DNA of 64,000 bases from Eledone cirrhosa (Eukaryota): positions 434,001 to 498,000 of the forward strand of contig OZ024756.1 in assembly GCA_964016885.1 (NCBI GenBank), given 5' to 3'. The notes below the pieces were generated by a model. It was not told the DNA's origin and searched no databases. It saw nothing but the letters and a program-made list of their open reading frames with translations. Of the stretch, positions 40,896 through 54,587 are shown piece after piece. Both the position numbers and the translations under genes were made by a program. Position 1 is the stretch's first letter. Each line of letters starts with the position of its first letter.

Positions 40896-42016
40896 GATAG
40901 ATAGATTAGCTAGATAGAATATACAGACAATATACGCCTAAACACACACACACACACACACACATATACATACATACATACATACAGAGAGAGAGATACA
41001 TACAAGCATACATAAATATACATATATATATATGCTGACACACATACATACACACGCACACACATCAATATATATATATGTAGATAGCTAGATAGAATAT
41101 ACACAGACAATATACGCCTAAACACATACATATTGCTACTGCTGTTGGTGATAACCTAGTAGTGTATACTAATACATATATGTACAATTATTCTCAAATG
41201 TATTAAGACATTGCATAATAGACACATACATATGTATGTATGTATATACAGTACCAATTCTAGAGTCTAATCAATCATCTGTACTTTTTTAGAAAGCTGG
41301 CTGCCTCGTGCCTAATCAAACGAGACCGTGTGTGTGTGTGTGTGGAGATATATGTATATGTGGTCTCATACACAAACACACTCAAACACAGACATACATT
41401 ATAATGATTTTTATTTGCTCCGCGTTTGAGCTCTCACCGTTTACTGTCGAAACGGCGAAAGCTCAACCGTCGGGCAGAAAACCATTATAGCCCCTACACT
41501 CTACTTTCTTAAGTACCAGTTCTTACCTAGTAACTCTCCCAACTGTATATATATAGTCTGAAACTAGCTGTTGAAACGGGCGGCAACAGCTCAGCCGTCG
41601 GGTCCCGACTCTTTATAATATAACCATACTACCCCCAAGTATCGAGTACTCTGTTTAGTAATGGTCTAACTGGTTTCAAACTGATTCCATCCTGATTATA
41701 TGATTAGATGTGTGTGTGTGTGTGAAATAAATTTGGTTTCTTACAAAAACAATATAAAAAATTACTAAGATCGGTGGAGAAGTTAAACAGCTCAAAATAG
41801 GGTAATTTATTATAATAAGCAATACAAAAGGCTATATATATAGAGAGAGAGAGAGGGGGGGAGATAGAGAGAGGGGGGAGATAGAGAGAGAGGGGGGAGA
41901 TAGATAGAGTGAGAGAGAGAGATAGCAATAACATAAGAAGGCGAAAGTAAACTTAAAAGCAAGCGACTATGTCCGACATTGTAAATGTCACCATATATCC
42001 CACTTTGTACGTGATT

Positions 42017-43245
42017 TACTTGAGTGAGGGAGGACTGACATTGGTTTACAGGTGGTGGTGGTGGTGAGAGACTTGAGTGAGGGAGGACTGACATTGGTTT
42101 ACAGGTGGTGGTGGTGGTGAGAGACTTGAGTGAGGGAGGACTGACATTGGTTTACAGGTGGTGGTGGTGGTGGTGAGAGACTTGAGTGAGGGAGGACTGA
42201 CATTGGTTTACAGGTGGTGGTGGTGGTGGTGGTGAGAGACTTGAGTGAGGGAGGACTGACATTGGTTTACAGGTGGTGGTGGTGGTGGTGAGAGACTTGA
42301 GTGAGGGAGGGCTGACATTGGTTTACAGGTGGTGGTGGTGAGAGACTTGAGTGAGGGAGGACTGACATTGGTTTACAGGTGGTGGTGGTGAGAGACTTGA
42401 GTGAGGGAGAACTGACATTGGTTTACAGGTGGTGGTGAGAGACTTGAGTGAGGGAGGACTGACATTGGTTTACAGGTGGTGGGAGACTTGAGTGAGGGAG
42501 GACTGACATTGGTTTACAGGTGGTGGTGATTAGAGACTTGAGTGAGGGAGGGCTGACATTGATTTACAGGTGGTGGTGGTGAGAGACTTGAGTGAGGGAG
42601 GGCTGACATTGATTTACAGGTGGTGGTGGTGAGAGACTTGAGTGACGGAGGGCTGACATTGATTTACAGGTGGTGGTGGTGAGAGACTTGAGTGACGGAG
42701 GGCTGACATTGATTTACAGGTGGTGGTGGTGAGAGACTTGAGTGACGGAGGGCTGACATTGATTTACAGGTGGTGGTGGTGAGAGACTTAAGTGAGGGAG
42801 GGCTGACATTGGTTTACAGGTGGTGGTGGTGAGAGACTTGAGTGACGGAGGGCTGACATTGATTTACAGGTGGTGGTGGTGAGAGACTTGAGTGACGGAG
42901 GGCTGACATTGATTTACAGGTGGTGGTGGTGAGAGACTTGAGTGACGGAGGGCTGACATTGGTTTACAGGTGGTGGTGGTGAGAGACTTGAGTGAGGGAG
43001 GGCTGACATTGATTTACAGGTGGTGGTGGTGGTGGTGGTGAGAGACTTGAGTGAGGGAGGGATGACATTGGTTTACAGGTGGTGGTGGTGAGAGACTTGA
43101 GTGAGGGAGGACTGACATTGGTTTACAGGTGGTGGTGAGAGACTTGAGTGAAGGAGGGCTGACATTGGTTTACAGGTGGTGGTGGTGGTGAGAGACTTGA
43201 GTGAGGGAGGGCTGACATTGGTTTACAGGTGGTGGTGGTGAGAGA
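42017..43245. repeat. Minisatellite of about 49 bp with a variable (GGT)n segment, about 24 copies
   Basis: GAGAGACTTGAGTGAGGGAGG(A/G)CTGACATTG(G/A)TTTACA(GGT)n. Confidence 0.95.
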
Positions 43246-43914
43246 GATTTACTTCACTGAGGACCGACATTGATGAGTTAGAGAGGCGGCGGCGGTAGTG
43301 GGGGTAAAAAGACAGGGGAGGTAAGTCAATCATAATACTGTATTCACTATTCACAAACAATGGACGCTTCGCATTGATGACGGTCTTGGGTGTCATCCCA
43401 AGTACCATACTCCCCCGGGTTGATATAATGCCATGTGGATTAAACTGCGTAGACGGAAACTGTTTGGAAGCCCGTCCCATGCAATGTGTCTGTAAATTTT
43501 ATGAGACAGCTCTGTCTCACACACAGTGTCACACCGAATCTCCCTGAGAATAACTTTAAAGGTATATTTATTTGCGGAATACTCAACCACTTATGTTAAT
43601 TTCATGAGCAAGCTGTTCCATTAATCAAACTGGAACGCCCATCGTTGAAACTGACTGAGGCCCCCAGAAGCCCCCCCCCCCTCTATTTTCAAACATGGTG
43701 CTCCCTAATTTGAAATTTCTCAACTATTTCATCATACAGTCTTTTATTTATTGTTCTGATGAACGGAACAGCCTACTCGTGGCATTAACTAACACGCAAA
43801 TGACTGAGCATTCTACAAGCACGTGCACCCTTAACGAAGCTCTCAGGGAGATTCGGTGTTAGTCTGTCTGGTCCCCTTCTTTTGTGCCCATGTGGCTAAT
43901 AAAGAAATATATCT

Positions 43915-44221
43915 ATGTATGTATGTATCTATGTATGATGTATGTATGTATGATGTATCTATGTATGTATGTATGTATGATGTATGTATCTATGTATGTA
44001 TGTATGTATGTATCTATGTATGTATGTATGTATGTATCTATGTATGTATGTATGTATGTATGATGTATGTATGTATGATGTATGTATGTATGATGTATGT
44101 ATGTATGATGTATGTATGTATGATGTATGTATGTATGATGTATGTATGATGTATGTATGTATGTATGTATGTATGTATGTATGTTGTATGTATGTATGTA
44201 TGTATGTATGTATGTATGTAT
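43915..44221. repeat. (TATG)n tract
   Basis: Direct inspection. Confidence 0.93.
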
Positions 44222-44745
44222 GTCCCATGGTCGGGTCGTTGGCGACTAAACTGGCAACCCCACCAAGGTTTCTTGGTGAGGAGGGTGACTTTGGACATCC
44301 TGCAGGACTAAAAACAAAACCTGTCAAAGGGCAAAGGAGCTCTTAAAAGTCAATGGCCATCCAAAATCACCGGGAGGGATGACCCCTTAGCCTTTGTCAA
44401 GGCAGAATTCTAGGAGAAGGAAAACTCTGATATAATACCTGCAACCCTGATGGTATCCAATGATGTTGACTTGTTCTTCTTTTTGGTAAATATCATCTTG
44501 GTTAAGAGAGTGGGACTGGCTTTGTGCAGTGCCTTTGCTCACTATAAAAGCTTCACTGCACAGGCATTGCTTTATATCTGGAGATCTCTCTGCACTTGTC
44601 GTCACATGGTACCATGGGCCCAGCACTATGTGTCAATAATTGTCACAAGTGTAGTGTTTGTACCAGAGTTTTCAAGTCGCTGGCTGGACTAAATAGCACT
44701 CGTTCAGCGCATCGGTAGGGGTTCTCCTACATGGATATAAAGTAG
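44222..44745 (+). mobile_element. Non-autonomous RTE-derived family F copy
   Basis: Reverse-complement match to 23325-23850. Confidence 0.85.
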
Positions 44746-44856
44746 TAGTGTGAGTGGCAGAAAGTCGAGTTCGGGTATAGATTGAAGGAACCCGTTTACG
44801 TGTGTTGTGTGTGTTAAAGTGAATAACTATGTGTCTACTCTGGGAGTTTACTTGTG

Positions 44857-45040
44857 AATTGGCAGTATCGGTAGAGGGTTGGACGCCATGCTTTGATGCA
44901 TAGAGTTACGTCCCTTGCCATTCTGAGTTCAAATCCCGCCGAGGTTGACTTTGCCTTTCATCCTTACGGGGTCGATAAAATAAAGTACCAGTAATGTACT
45001 GGGATAATTGCTGGCCTTGTACCAATAGTAGAAACAATTA
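44857..45040 (+). mobile_element. SINE family A copy
   Basis: Matches family A. Confidence 0.85.
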
Positions 45041-45102
45041 CTTATTGAGTACGCTGAGATGTTACCGGTCCTAGTGAAACCCATGTTAGTCTCGTCAACT
45101 TA

Positions 45103-45135
<33 letters not shown>

Positions 45136-45140
<5 letters not shown>

Positions 45141-45249
45141 GAAGAGCTTCTACATGACTAGAACTGTTTCATTCGTGAGAAATCATCAGGGACTCCTCAT
45201 GATTTCTCACGAATGAAACAGTTCTAGTCCTGTAGAAGCTCTTCTATAT
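45136..45249. repeat. 51-bp-arm hairpin with a hammerhead-like core
   Basis: Arms 45136-45186 and 45199-45249, one mismatch; minus strand reads CTGATGA tTTC-TCAC-GAAt GAAAC. Confidence 0.85.
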
Positions 45250-46689
45250 TGAAACTTTTATACTCTGCTATGTATTGAGTACCTTACTTACTGTGGTTAC
45301 CTCCGACTCAACCCGGAATAACTTATATCTATCTAGGGCGGGTAAAATTCCCGAGATCCATAGACGAGTTCTCTCCAGCGGTCTCTATCCCTCATTATCG
45401 CTGCTATCTCCTGCGTCTCCAACAGACCAGTGTCTGTCCTTAGGGCAATATATATATATATATATATATATATATTACACCAGTTGTTCATCAGCTAACA
45501 ACTATAAGCTGTCTAATTATGTGTTAATGAAACGACAGTTTATTACTTCAAACACTATAAATATGGAATAGAATGGACTTCCATCGGTTTCGACGATGAG
45601 TGTTCCTGTTGTTGGAAACGTTAATGTAAATGGTGGCTGGACATTCCAGACACGTACATTCTTCACGTAGTTCTCAGGGAGATTCAGCATGACACAATGT
45701 ATGTCGAGGCTGACTCCCTTCAATTTACACGTGCAACTCATTTTTGCCAGCTGGGTGGACTGAAGCAACGTAAAATAAAGTGTTTTGTTCAAGTACACAC
45801 ACCTCGCCGGGAATTGAACTCACGACCTTACTAAACTGGTGTTAAGGGAGGTGGATTGGCAGTGTTGGTAGGGCATCGGACATGTTTTGTGGCATGTAGT
45901 TAGGACTCTTTACGTCCTGAGTTCAAATCTCACCGCCAAGGTTAGCTTTGCCTTTCATCCTTACGGGCTAGATAAAGTGCCAGTAATGCACTGGAGTCGA
46001 TTAATCGACTCTCCCCTCTCCCAAAATTGTTGGCCTTGTGTCTAAATCAGAAACCATTACTAAACTAATATTTGGAACATAACTCAACAAAAGGTTTTAC
46101 ATAAAACTGTGGTGTAAGGGTGGGGGGGGGGGGGTTCTTTAGATAAAATACATAACACTTTGAAATTAACAGTTTTGTATCGTAGAACCAACCGGGGAGC
46201 AGTTTAGGGCTTGTTTTGTTTTTAAAAGGGTTAAGTTAATCAGCAGTGATTCCAAATAAACAACTCCAAATGGCCTTCATGACAGGAAAAGAAATAGATA
46301 TATGAGAGAAATTGGGGGTGGGCATGCTGAGAAAACTGCTAGAAAAAGAGACAAGCCGGTTTACATATATGTGGGGCAGTGGTATAGTTGGATAAGTGGG
46401 TTGAAATAGTTGCACTGCAGTTGAAATATGGAGCAGAAATATGTATAGAGTGTTATATGACACTAAAAGACGATAAGAGAGACTGCTTCGTAAGATACGA
46501 AAAACGGCGGCTTCGAGCTTGCTAATTCAGAAAACCTACACCATCATCATCAATATCAGTACAGCAGAGTCTACGACAGCCGCCGCCCCGTCCACTGCCG
46601 CAAAGTCAACAACACCACTTCCACTACAAGTCAAACGACAGCCCCACAACTACCACCATCATCATCATCACAACCAATATCGTAAAGTC

Positions 46690-47405
46690 AACGTCAACCA
46701 CCACCACAAAGTCAAACAACAACAACAACCGCCGCCGCCGCCGCCACCACCACGTCAAACAATAACAACCGCCGCTGCCACCACTACCAAGTCAAACAAC
46801 TACCACCACCAAGTCAAACGACAACAACCACGACCGCCGCCACCACCAAGCAAGACCACAACTGCCACCACCACCAAGTCAAACGACAACAACCACGACC
46901 GCCGCCACCACCAAGTCAAACAACAACCACAACCGCCACCACCAAGCCAAACAACAACCACAACCACCAAGTCAAACGACAACAACCACGACCGCCTCCA
47001 CCACCACCAAGCAAGACGACAACTGCCACCACCGCCACCACCATGTCAAACGACAACAACCACGACCGCCGCCACCACCACCAAGCAAGACGACAACAAC
47101 CACAACCGCCACCACCAAGCCAAACAACAACCACAACTGCCACCACCAAGCCAAACAACAACCACAACCGCCACCACCACCAAGCCAAACAACAACCACA
47201 ACCGCCACCACCACCAAGCCAAACAACCACAACCGACACCACCAAGCCAAACAACAATCACAACCGCCACCACCAAGTCAAACGACAACAACCACGACCG
47301 CCGCCGCCACCACCAAGCAAAACGACAACTGCCACCACCTCCACCGCCAATCCAAAAAACAACCACAACCGCCAACCCCACCAAGCCAAACACAACCGCC
47401 GCCAC
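46690..47405. repeat. Degenerate (ACC/AAC/GCC) minisatellite
   Basis: Units of about 33-39 bp such as CAAGCCAAACAACAACCACAACCGCCACCACCAC. Confidence 0.85.
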
Positions 47406-47888
47406 CATACACAACCAATAAGATATTCTATTATATTTGACACTAGCCAACCATTCCTATCTGTATTCGGACATTTTATGCAACGTTTTCAAGTTGAAAC
47501 GATAACAAGAGTGGAAGGAAGCGAAGGAGATAAATTGATGGCTTTAAGAAGACACAGCGAAATATTCCTTCATTGATTCAATTTTTTCCACTAATCACCA
47601 TTCCGTCACGATTGGCACTCAAATAGACATTTTTTTTTATTTTTGACAAGAAACTGCATTTAATTTGACTGCTGTTTACTTAGAAATGGTAATATCAAAA
47701 ACTGGTTTTGACATCAACTACTCTTTAACTGCATGGCAAATAGACAGTGGAAGCTTAAAAACCGAGTATTTTCTGAGAATATAGAAATGGTGATAGTAAC
47801 TGAGAGATATCAACTATTTCAACTAATAGTGTCGCGTTCAATGCCGTTCAAATGAAGTTGGTAGTGTCATTGAAATAAATATTAAGAA

Positions 47889-48480
47889 TAATTGTTTCTA
47901 CTTTTGGCACAAGGCCAGCAATTATTCCAGTGCATTACTGCTACTTTAGTTTATCGACCCCGTAAGGATGAAAGGTAAAGTTAACCTAGGCGGGATTTGA
48001 ACTCAGACCGTAATGGGCCATAACTCAATGCTGCAAAGCATGGTGTCCGACCCTCTACCGATACTGCCAATCCACCGCCCTAATGATGCTTTCTGATTTA
48101 GGCACAAGGCGAAGTCATTAAATTTTTTTTTTGGATGGGGGGGGGGGGGGCGATTATATCGACCTCAGTGCATTACTGGTACTTTATTTTATCGACCCCG
48201 TAAGAATGAAAGACAAAGCTAACCTGAGTGGGATTTGAACTCAGAACGTAAAGGGACGTAACTCTATCTAACACTGGAACAAGGTCAGAGATTTGAAGGA
48301 AAAGAGAGACCATTACATCGAACACCCCAGTACTTGACTGGTACTTTATCGATCTCGGAAGGATGAAAGACAAAGTAGACTTAGGCGGGATTTAAACTCA
48401 GAAAGCAAAGAACCTGAACAAATACCGCAAACCATTGTGTCCGATGCTCTTCCGATTCTGCCCATTTGCTACCAAGAGCC
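47889..48480 (-). mobile_element. Cluster of SINE family A and related copies
   Basis: Three GTACTTTAT...CGACCCCGTAAGGATGAAAG...GGGATTTGAACTCAG-type blocks. Confidence 0.8.
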
Positions 48481-48965
48481 CCCTGCAAGCTTATTCTGGC
48501 CCCTAAACAATAAAGTATCCAAGGGAATACCATATGAAGTTCCCCATCAACCAATGACTTGCCAATAAAGAGATGGCATAACTGGAAACCGGAAACGAAA
48601 GACAAGTACTAGATACGTCCCTCTCTCACTCACCCTAGTCACTTCCCTCTCTCTCTCTCACACACCCTAGTCACTCCCTCTCACACACACACCCCAGTCA
48701 CCTCCCTCTCTCTCTCTTTCACACACAACCCAGTCACCCGCTCTCCCTCACACCCACCCTAGTCACCCCATCTCTCCTCCCTCACATACCCACCCCAGCC
48801 ACCCCTCTCTCATACACAGTCCAGCCAGCCCCTCTCTCTCATACCCAGCCAGCCCCTCTCAAACTTCCGTTGGATCTAAAGCACTCAAAACTTGGCCACT
48901 TCTAGAAAATACGACACACTAGGAATATATGTGTGAACATTTATGTATGTATATATATATATATA

Positions 48966-50930
48966 TGAGACACTGATTCTCACCACCTCCCAAATAACCG
49001 ACAGTGACTATATAATTATTGCTGGCGACCTAAATGGCCACGTTGGACAACATTGTGACGGCTATGACGGAATCCACGGAGGCTATGGGTTTGGTACTAG
49101 AAACGAGGAAGAATCCTGGAATTCTGTGATGCAAATAACCTAACTATCTGTAACACTAACTTCAAAAAACGAGACAATCACTTGATCACCTACAGATCAG
49201 GGGAACATACCAGCCAGGTAGATTATATCCTTACCAGAAGACGTGACAGAGTGTCTGTTGTAAACACTAAATCCCTCCCCCATGAAGAATGCACCTCCCA
49301 ACATAGACTGATAATTAGTGACCTCATAGTCAGGACGAGACGTACTAGACAGCAGAAGAGGACTATCCTCAGGAGAAAAATATGGAAGCTAAAGGACCCC
49401 ACAGCCAGAAATAAATTTCAAAGCATATTACTTGATGCTTTCGACAGTAAGGAAGAGCAATTAGAGACGTACAATATAGAGGAACAGTGGGAATTCCTGA
49501 AAGCAAACCTGCTGATGGCGGCAGACGAAGTCTGTGGCTGGAGCAGGCCTGTAGGCAGGAGGAGAGTAACATGGTGGTGGAACAGTAAGGTGGAGGAGTC
49601 AATTAAGGCCAAAAAGCAGGCTTGGAAAGTATGGCAGGATGGGGGAAGTAGCGAAGACTATCAAGTGGAAAACGTGAGGTGTTCAGGATTGCGAGGCAAT
49701 GTGTCAAGGAAAACCGTGATATTGTCGGGGAGAAGTGTGTACTTAATGATGATGGCGTAATTGCCATCACTGACGCTGATAAGAAGGTAGCTTGGAAGTG
49801 TCACTACGAAAGGCTACACGCTGATAAGAAGGTAGCTTGGAAGTGTCACTACGAAAGGCTTCTAAATGAGGAGAATAAATGGGAGAAAGACAGTCTCCCC
49901 CACATCGACCCAATAGAGGGACCAGCAGTGTTAGTCGAAGGTAGTATAATAAGTAAGGCAATCAAAGATATGAAGACGGGTAAGGCGGCTGGGCCTTCGG
50001 AAATAGTTGCTGAGATGCTGAAAGCCTCTGGAACGGTGGGACACACCATGGTCACCCGGATAGTAAACCAAGTCATACAGAATGGGGTTGTTCCGAAGGA
50101 CTGGCGTAGCAGCATCATCATTAACTGTTACAAGGGTAAAGGAGATGCCCTAGATAGGAGTAACTATAGAGGCATTAAATTAATCGACCAGGTCATGAAG
50201 GTCACGGAAAAAGTAATAGCGCAACTAATCAGAGAGAGAATTGATCTAGATGAAATACAGTTCGGGTTTGTGTCAGGCAAAAGTACCACAGACGCTCTTT
50301 TCATTGTACGACAACTACAGGAGAAGTACCTAGCTAAAAGTAAACCCCTATACTTAGCTTTTGTCGACTTGGAGAAAGCCTTCGACAGAGTCCCCCGTTC
50401 CATTATCTGGTGGGCTCTTAGAAAACTAGGTGTTGATGAATGGCTTGTGAGAGCTATACAAGCCATGTATAAAGAAACAGTCAGCAAGGTTAGAATTAAC
50501 AACGAATATAGTGAAGAGTTTAGCGTAAAAGTTGGTGTTCATCAGGGCTCTGTTCTTAGCCCCCTACTATTTATTATTGCCCTACAGGCTATAACAGTGG
50601 AGTTCAAGACCGGCTGCCCATGGGAACTCCTATACGCAGATGATCCAACGCTCATAGCTGAATCAATGGCCGAGCTAGAGAAGAAATTCCAAACATGGAA
50701 GCACGGCCTAGAATCAAAAGGCCTTAAAATTAACCTGGCTAAGTTCTAGTTTGTAGGAAAGAAAATAAGGCGCCGGTCCCTTCCGGGAAATGGCCATGCT
50801 CAGTGTGTAGGAAAGGCGTAGGTAGAAACTCCATTCTATGTCCCAAATGCAAAGTATGGGTGCATAAAAGATGTAGTGGGATCACAGGTAAGCTAACTAA
50901 GAACATAGATTTTACATTCAGTAGGCATCT
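48966..50930 (+). pseudogene. Decayed RTE-clade LINE (APE C-half, RT, Cys/His finger); same family as 3434-5505
   Basis: IIAGDLNGHVG, SQVDYIL, SQHRLII, FVDLEKAFDRVP, GVHQGSVLSP, LLYADD, GKWPCSVCRKGVGRNSILCPKCKVWVHKRC; in-frame 45-bp duplication near 49775-49861. Confidence 0.93.
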
Positions 50931-51019
50931 CTAACAAAATACACCCCCGTCCCACCATCCCCACCCCATCCACACCGCCCCTTTCAATGTAAAGTTATGT
51001 TGGTGCCACAACATCCAGG

Positions 51020-51280
51020 CCGAAACAAATGAGATCGTGTAGGTGTCACGACAAAAAAACACACAGTCCACGCTGTAATGTGGCCGTGTAGGCAACACGG
51101 TAAAAACCTCCCAGTCCCACACTGTAAATGTGGTTGGTGTTAGGAAGGGCATCCAGCTGTAGAAAACCCGCCAGACAGTGCTATGCGAGCAAGACAACCA
51201 CTCTTGCCTCAAGTGGGAAAACTCCCGTCCAAACCCATGCAAGCGTGGAACATGGACGTTAAACGATGATGATGATGATA
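51020..51280 (+). mobile_element. RTE-related family C copy
   Basis: Matches 7120-7380. Confidence 0.72.
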
Positions 51281-51294
51281 TGTATGTGAACATT

Positions 51295-51386
<92 letters not shown>

Positions 51387-51410
51387 CATTTATATATATA
51401 TATATATATA

Positions 51411-51620
51411 CGATATTAAATAAATGGAAACTATATTTATAAAACCATATTTATTTCATTATATATATTTCAGGGATATCATATTAACAATATGCTATGC
51501 CTTCCTCAGACAAAATACAATATTTAATATCGTAAATATACTCCAAATACTTGTCGAGTGCTTTTATATCAGTTATAAATATTTACTAGTTGTAACCCAA
51601 CAATTTAAATATAACTTTCC
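51411..51620. mobile_element. Short PLE-like end with an inverted hammerhead-bearing segment
   Basis: Minus strand TTTTGT CTGAGGA aggcata...tatccct GAAATATATATAATGAAA; related to 53450-53685 and 40141-40270. Confidence 0.65.
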
Positions 51621-51663
<43 letters not shown>

Positions 51664-51821
51664 CGCGTGCACACATGATTTATTTTTTTAAATAAATATA
51701 TTTGGTTTACCTGTGAAGAATACAATTATATTAGAGTTTACCTTACCTGTTGTCACACACATATATATAGGCACGAACATATCTGTGCGTTTGTAAACCA
51801 TGCATGCATATACACACACAG

Positions 51822-51866
<45 letters not shown>

Positions 51867-51873
51867 TGTGTCT

Positions 51874-51919
<46 letters not shown>

Positions 51920-52258
51920 TCTAGAAGGGAAACTCTGATGTAACACCTGCAACCCTGATGGTATCCAATGATGTTGTCTTGTTCTTCTTTTTGGTAAATA
52001 TCATCTTGGTTAAGAGAGTGGGACTGGCTTTGTGCAGAGCCTTTGTTCACTATAAAAGCTTCACGGCACAGGCATTGCTTTATATCTGGAGATCTCTCTG
52101 CACTTGTCGTCACATGGTACCATGGGCCCAGCACTATGTGTCAATAATTGTCACAACTGTAGTGTTTGTACCAGAGTTTTCAAGTCGCTGGCTGGACTAA
52201 ATAGCACTCGCTCAGCGCATCGGTAGGGGTTCTCCTACATGGATATAAAATAGTGGCC

Positions 52259-52260
<2 letters not shown>
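51920..52260 (+). mobile_element. Family F copy, 5'-truncated
   Basis: Matches 44405-44745. Confidence 0.85.
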
Positions 52261-52315
<55 letters not shown>

Positions 52316-52469
52316 AAGATTATCTATTGATAACATGAAAGACGTGACGTGTGTGATTTAAAGAGTGGGGGGAGAGAAAGAGGGAAACAGCAATACATTG
52401 ATACAATTAATAACAACCAATATGGCTTTCTGTTTAAAGTAGGTGCTGACGTAAAGACGTACCACCCTG

Positions 52470-52522
<53 letters not shown>

Positions 52523-52529
52523 TGCATGC

Positions 52530-52577
<48 letters not shown>

Positions 52578-52741
52578 GCTTATACACACACGCACACATA
52601 TACATACTTACACACACACATACATACATACATACTTATACATACACACACACACATATGTACATATATATGTATATATGAGATGATCCCGTTAAGGGTG
52701 AAAGCAGCGATTCTTTGCTTAAACTTTAATCTGTTATTTTA

Positions 52742-52786
<45 letters not shown>

Positions 52787-52811
52787 TATATACATACTTA
52801 TATATATATAA

Positions 52812-52849
<38 letters not shown>

Positions 52850-52924
52850 GTGTGTGTAAATATGTATATACACATGTACATATATATATATATATATATA
52901 TGGGTGCATATGTATGTATATGCG

Positions 52925-53275
52925 CGGGGACATAGAAATAATCAGGTTGGACACCCGATCGCGCGGTTAAACCACTGGGAATGAAGGACTCCTAGCCTTT
53001 GTAAGGGCATTCTTTTAGAAGAAGGCAACTCAGGAAACTGGGATAACTCCGATATAAAACCTGTGGCTCAGTAGTTACCGATGATGTTGATCTTTTCTTC
53101 TTTTCGGGTTATAGCTAGTGTCGCTCAGAGAGTGGGATTGGCTCAGTGCACAGTCTTTCCTCACTTTAAAAAGCATCTTCACGCACAGGTATTGCACGAT
53201 AGAATTAATTGATAATTGTTAATAATGGTATATCATGCAATGGCCATACTCGATAACGAAGGGGCAGCCATCATG
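52925..53275 (+). mobile_element. Non-autonomous RTE-derived family G
   Basis: RTE 5'UTR-like CCTAGCCTTTGTAAGGGCA...AGAAGAAGGCAACTC; 3' end TGCAATGGCCATACTCGATAACGAAGGGGCAGCCATC nearly identical to the RTE tail at 34113-34148. Confidence 0.75.
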
Positions 53276-53276
53276 T

Positions 53277-53344
<68 letters not shown>

Positions 53345-53449
53345 ATGTATGTATGTATATATTGGGATAGTAGAGTGTGACAAAGTTACAAAGAGTCGGG
53401 GCTCGACAGTTGAGCTCTTGCCGTTTTGACATTATATATATATATATAT

Positions 53450-53685
53450 AAGTAGAAGGGATATTTAATTTGTTGAAAGTCCGACAAATATAAATGTTTA
53501 TAACTGATTTAGAGCACTCAACGATGGATTTCCAACCGATAAGGTATGATTTTCATGGGTTTGTCTCTATTTATAAAACAAACTTTGTATTTTATCTGAT
53601 GAATGCGTCTTGGTACCCTTGAAATATATATATAATGAAATAAACATGGTTTTATAAATATAGTTTCCATTTATTTAATATCATT
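53450..53685 (+). mobile_element. Short PLE-like end with a hammerhead motif
   Basis: TTTTAT CTGATGA atgcgtcttggtaccctt GAAATATATATATAATGAAA, preceded by an inverted tail segment. Confidence 0.65.
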
Positions 53686-54294
53686 GTGTATATATATATA
53701 TATTTCTTTATAAAGGCCGAGTTTCAGTTTTGTTACTCTAGGTTTTCAAGGCCCTGTGAATACACACACACACACGTGTGCGTGTGTGTATCTAAGATAC
53801 ATGTATGTATACAGAAATGAGGTAACCGAAACTGGTAATTATTTACATATATACACACAATAACTATTTAGGTGATTTTGTAAATTCGTGAGAGAGCTAA
53901 ATGGTTGTTTATTCGACACCACACGCTATACACACACGCGCGCGCTATACACACACACACACACAGGGTGCGTGTACAACTTATTAAACGCATGTAAATA
54001 CAGAATGTTACTACAGCAGCCAGGAGTGAAAGCAGAAAATACTAAAATCGAAGCGGAGGAGGATTTCCAACTATCAACATATGGAACTAATATTACCCTA
54101 GAAAATCGAACTCTATAGTGTATCTGCTGTGTGTGTATATATATATATCAGTGTGTGTATATATGTGTTCTTTTATTGGTTTCACTCATTAGATTGCGGC
54201 CACGCTGAAGCACACACACACACTGTATATGTGTATGTATGTATATATATATATATATATATAAATTCAGCGAGAATCGCATTTCGGCGGGTAG

Positions 54295-54338
<44 letters not shown>

Positions 54339-54541
54339 AAAACGAAAGATTGCCATATATATACACACACACAACTCTTTGTTGCCTGATTGAACGTACC
54401 AAAGGGGAGAAACTCGGAGGGTCGAACTCATAACCTACGTTCATTGAGTACATTATATCACGTTTGTGCACCCGTACCTACCTACGTACACACTATTTAG
54501 TAATACATGGATAAAGACACACACACACATATATATGTGTG

Positions 54542-54587
<46 letters not shown>

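Noticed and set aside
42017-43245. CRISPR-like array of a constant repeat with variable spacing
   Set aside because: Variable parts are only (GGT)n length changes; no unique spacers, no cas genes, eukaryotic context
46519-47576. Pro/Thr/His-rich 300-aa ORF
   Set aside because: Degenerate triplet minisatellite open in multiple frames; no homology cues
54165-54212. CTAATGA-GT-GAAAC hammerhead-like string on the minus strand
   Set aside because: Core mismatch and no stems; more likely a SINE tail remnant
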